DNA of 64,000 nucleotides from Lophium mytilinum (Eukaryota): NCBI GenBank assembly GCA_010093605.1, contig MU004198.1, positions 1,242,726 to 1,306,725 of the forward strand, read 5' to 3'. Shown piece by piece: positions 59,761 to 64,000 of this stretch (position 1 is its first letter; each line of letters starts with the position of its first letter). The notes under the pieces were generated by a model. It saw only the letters and a program-made list of their open reading frames with translations, ran no database searches and was not told where the DNA came from. The position numbers and the translations under genes were made by a program.

Positions 59761-60805
59761 TCAACATTCAATCGCATTGTACATGCCCCCTCCTCCCTGC
59801 ACCTTCTTCTTCGGATTGAAGTTCTTCTCATACCCATTGTTATTCCAATCCATGTCCGCCCAATTCGGATGCGGAGTCCACTTCTTGAACTCCCCCTCAT
59901 CCTTATCCTTCCTGTCGGCATCCAGGCGGTAGATTAGTCCGTTAATCCGCCCTTCGTCGCACTGGCATTGCTTCCCGTGTTCGTTGAACTCTCGGTGCTC
60001 GGGCCAGTTGGGCTTGCAGTTGCATGCGGGACTGTTAGGGGTGTAGGTTAGACAAGTCGTGGGCTGGGTCGAGAGGGAGGTATGGTGCTGGGGTGGTGGA
60101 GTACATACCTAAGAGCCGGATCCCAATTGTACGGCTCAATCCAGACCTGGTTGCCACCCGCATCTTTGACTTTGCGCCAGCATTGTGTCATTCTTCCACC
60201 TTGTCCTGATTCCTGTTAGACATCTGCCTCTGCACGTCAACTTCGACTATCTACACTCACGTTGCCACGTTGAGTGCCCAATCAACGCTGCGCCCTCTCC
60301 TCCCTGCAGCGATGACGCAGGTGGACACTCATCAGACACGTTCGAGTCAGCTGTGAAAACTTCTGTGTTGTAGATTTCTCGGTTTTGAGGGTAGAATGAG
60401 TTGAATTTCATGCCGCTGCCGCCGCGGTTTGCATTGGTGGTTTTGTACTTGTCGTTCTCGGGGACTTTTGTCCTACATAGAGAAGAAGCCATTAGGATAG
60501 GGTAGGGGCTAGTGTGGGATGGAACTAGGATATCGAAAAGCAAATGGGTGGAAAATGATGGGAAGACGAGCATAACAGACATACCACATGTTTGTTCGTC
60601 CAAGGCAGTAGAAGTAATAGCACATGTTTTGGCAGCCCATTGGGTCTTTGTCACAGTTCCAGGTGATGTGGAAGCCGTCGGTGCCGGGCTCGATCTCGTT
60701 GGGAAGATTGAGAGGAGTGCCACTTCTCTCGCCGGCTGCGTATGAGATTTGACATTGAGAGAGGAGAGTTACGAGGAGGAAGGAAGAAATGACGTTTCTT
60801 TTCAT
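59761..60805 (-). CDS. Secreted NucA/NucB-like deoxyribonuclease-family protein (4 exons)
   Basis: Signal peptide; WNC...CQNMCYY; NANRGGSG; SDECPPASSLQGGEGA (cf. DEYPFAS..EGG); Q|RQGG; three GT-AG introns give a continuous frame to TGA at 59761. Confidence 0.7.
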
Positions 60806-60995
60806 TGTGTGAGATTTGAAGGGAATGAGAGATGGAATGAATAGTGGAGAGTTTGGATTGGACTAAGAATATCGAGGTAGATGTAGAAGCCTGTCTCTCC
60901 TTTATAATCAAAGCATCACCTCGAGAGCGGTTAGCAGCGTTCTATATGAGGTATGGGCCATGGGATACCAGAATTCATAGATGTCCTCATACTTC

Positions 60996-61118
60996 GCCTC
61001 CTGCTCTGCCGCCTCCTGCTCTGCCGCCTCCTGCTCTGCCGCCTCCTGCTCTGCCGCTTCCTGCTCTGCCGCTTCCTGCTCTGCTGCTTCCTGCTCTGCC
61101 GCTTCCTGCCCTGCCGCT
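60996..61118. repeat. 15-bp tandem repeat (GCCTCCTGCTCTGCC), ~8 copies
   Basis: Direct reading; encodes (EQEAA)n on - or (LPPPA)n on +. Confidence 0.9.
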
Positions 61119-62173
61119 TCAGCGACCTGTGACACAACATTCTACTCAGCATCGTGGCTCTGTCGGTAGAATCTACCCGCTCGCAGTGGCAGGAGCCTAC
61201 TTGGATCCTGCCTTGGTGGAAGGCGTTTCAAGTTCCGTGTGGGAAGAAGGGGTGATGTTGGTTATGCTCCTAGGGGAAGTTTGTCCAAGGGTAGGGAGGC
61301 GCCCGCCAAGGTTGCCCGCCGCCCAGGGTTGCCATCTCAACCCCCTGCAAACCCAGTGACCTCAATCACGTGCAGCCTCAGTGACCAGACGTGCCAGTGC
61401 TCGAATGTAACTTAGGATTGTTTACCAAGACAACTGGTTATTCTTACCAAGTGAAAACGCGTCGCTATCGAACTAGATACGCCACGTCATGATTTCAGCG
61501 AGGGTACAGGCTCTTTCTCCTTTACAATTCTGCCCTGTCTTTCCGCCACGGTGTTCGATATGCAGACCTTCCGGTCACCCGCTGTACTGAAACGAGGCGG
61601 AATCTGGAAGAGGCGCTCATATTCCTGGATTCTATCTATGGATGGGCACGTTACACAGGGGCTAGAGCTCTTCAAGCTCAGGAGCTATGCGAAGATCACT
61701 TTCAAACCCATATCAACAACCTCGCCTCATCCTTTGCTTGCATACCTCTTCCATACATCCAGTCCCACGGCTCTGAGAAGCCCAAAGATAACGTGGCTGT
61801 GGTGGTTTCGGCTCTGCGCCTCCCACGTACATCTTCCTGATGTGTCCTGTTGCGATCCTACGGCGCCACTGGAGAGGTCTTGTCAATTATTCGAAGCGTC
61901 CGGGACACGCCAAATGTTTCCCCAACCCGCGCCGCCACGACTAAAGGAATGACCTGCTGACCAGATGCTACTCCGCCTTGAGCGGCAAATGCTCGCGACG
62001 TTGTCAAGACCTTTTGCGCTACTTAAGTCCTTCCCGTCCCATTAAAGCTCTCCTCTACATCATCTTCTCCTTCCATAAATCCATACCCTGAGACACTCCC
62101 AGCAATCGTTTTCCTTCATCATTTGACCAGACAAGACCATTCCTCAGCACGACGGGTCCATCCACCCGTTACC

Positions 62174-62704
62174 ATGAAGCTGCCCTACGTCATCGCTATC
62201 TTGTGTGCTGCACTAGTAGCAAACACTTCCCCAGTGCCGGAGCCAGAAGCGAATGTGCTTGGACGACGAGACGATGGGGTAGAGTGTGGGCCTGGCAAAG
62301 GTGTCTGGGTTCCAGGCCTCATGTTCCTCGATATGGCGGCAAGTTTCTGTACGGCGGCCGAGGGCAGTGACATCTCCGATGGCTACATGTACTCGGATAC
62401 CTTCCTCGTCGAACTGAACACTCAAGGGTCGGAGGAGAAAGGACCGGCTGGAAAGATTATTTGTCGGTCAGCCTAGCTATATTCAGACGCTAACATTGCT
62501 GACATTAGCCTAGTCGCCATTCGTAACGACGGTGAAAGACCCGCCTATCATGTCACAGACTGGTCAACCAAGTGCTACGACTACCTCAAAGTCTTCATGG
62601 ACAATGAATGCAAGGGAACCAGAGGCGACACCAAAGGTGGCATCAATACAATTGGGAACATCAAGTACGAAGCTACAATCAAGGAAGGAGACGTTTGGAC
62701 GTGA
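62174..62704 (+). CDS. Small secreted Cys-containing effector-like protein (2 exons)
   Basis: MKLPYVIAILCAALVANT signal, RR site, 4 Cys in the mature part; intron ~62463-62513; ends ECKGTRGDTKGG...EGDVWT*. Confidence 0.75.
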
Positions 62705-62979
62705 AAATCACGAGATATGGTGGCACCTGATGAAATGGCTGTTAAAGTGGTTGTTAGGACTAGTTCTTGCTCGTGCTGATTTCGAATGATGACTCTCATG
62801 GTGTTCTGAAGCAGTTGCAGAGTGTGTACGAATACAATGCGCACTTTATCAGAACGAGTAGAGCTTACGAAATTTATCCACTTAGTTGCCCTTTGTGAAA
62901 ACTCATAATTACTGGATGTTCGCAACATTCTTATTAGTGTAAGAGTTTTGAGGATTCTTGAGCTTAACTGCAACCATCA

Positions 62980-63630
62980 CTACGAGCCCTGGGGTAATTG
63001 GAGAAACGCAAGTGGACCGATCTGATAAATACCGGCAGTGTTTTGTCCCGCAGTAGCCACGTCCAGTCGCACTCTCACCCACTCATCGTTTAGGGTCTCC
63101 CACATGTTTGACCCAACATTCTGCTTGATAAAGAGCTTCCTAAAGGTAGTGATGTCCTCCTCGCTCACCTCTGTCTCAAGGGGTTGCTGATCGGACGAGT
63201 GCTGTGGAATATCTCTGATCTGGTGCACCAATACTGCCAAGTCTTCTTGCGTGGCTTTCCGTTCAGAGTATCGTACCATAGCTTCATCATGTCTTGTATA
63301 GTTGCCGTCGATGATCCGGAGCTGAGCTAAATCGAGTGGGCTGAGTCCTTCCTTGACCACAAACTCCAGTGTGTTGTCTTCTCGAGTACGAGCGTCAAGG
63401 ACCCCAAATCTATCATTTTGTATATAATGTCCCCGGCCGTCGTCTCCAAAAGTAGTCTCGACGAAATTACTAAGCTCCTCGATGGTAGCACCAATGAATC
63501 CGCTCTCAGATGGCTCTACTGGAGGTATTGTAGGTTCCGCAAAGGATTCCTGGTCTCGGGTCTGGATCAGTACCCATGGATTTCCTACTCTTTCAGAGGA
63601 AGGGTCATTATTTTCCCATCTTTCCTCCAT
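62980..63630 (-). CDS. Hypothetical protein
   Basis: 216-aa ATG-initiated ORF with protein-like composition (SGFIGATIEEL, FGVLDART, WVRVRLD); no family recognised. Confidence 0.55.
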   Translation of the reverse strand: MEERWENNDPSSERVGNPWVLIQTRDQESFAEPTIPPVEPSESGFIGATIEELSNFVETTFGDDGRGHYIQNDRFGVLDARTREDNTLEFVVKEGLSPLDLAQLRIIDGNYTRHDEAMVRYSERKATQEDLAVLVHQIRDIPQHSSDQQPLETEVSEEDITTFRKLFIKQNVGSNMWETLNDEWVRVRLDVATAGQNTAGIYQIGPLAFLQLPQGS

Positions 63631-64000
63631 CGCCCTGAAGAGGAAGGAATTGATGACCTTTGAGACGGTGATCAGTTGCGATAGCCTATTAGGTATTCGA
63701 TGGATAGCTTACTTCTACAGGCAAGTTTGCTGTGACGAAGAGTGGATATCCAGCTCCTTCCATGGAGGCGTCATCTGAGACGTCGCCCGACATGGTAAAC
63801 CCGGTGGTCCAAGGTAGACAGAGTAGGGCTATGTAACGGTGGAGTGATGAGGTCAACATGGAGGGTTGGGATGAAGCGGAAGGGAATTGGAGAGCGATGA
63901 CAACCGTGCCGCATCCACACGTGACTATTTACTTTCCTGACTATAATTTGTTATCATGTCGCCTCCTTTAATTACATAAGAAGTAGTGAAAATCGCCTTC

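Overview
Intron-containing eukaryotic DNA from a filamentous ascomycete (GT-AG introns with CTAAC/CTGAC branch points; Dothideomycete-like by impression only). A small housekeeping core (GNAT, RPL22, Sec14/PDR16-like, POL12) is surrounded by accessory DNA with many disrupted genes and AT/TpA-rich, RIP-like relics. Main highlights: (1) at 54.3-58.0 kb a compact candidate dikaritin-type RiPP locus, i.e. a signal-peptide precursor with a repeated AVANPADILG unit that has no aromatic residue, flanked by two DUF3328/UstYa-like genes (one intact, one frameshifted); (2) at 26-38.4 kb an apparently decaying lipid-modification cluster (Zn2Cys6 TF, TLC protein, fatty-acid hydroxylase, CDP-alcohol phosphatidyltransferase, Spinster-like MFS, FMO, CxxC protein, atypical P450); (3) two non-coding perfect 40-42 bp inverted repeats, one with a spacer that looks like a spliceosomal intron; (4) a ~2 kb array of a ~75 bp degenerate unit in both orientations, with related dispersed copies; (5) an HNH-like/APH-kinase fusion gene and an HExxH ORF missed by the ORF track. 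Exon boundaries were read by eye and family calls rest on motif recognition, not database searches.
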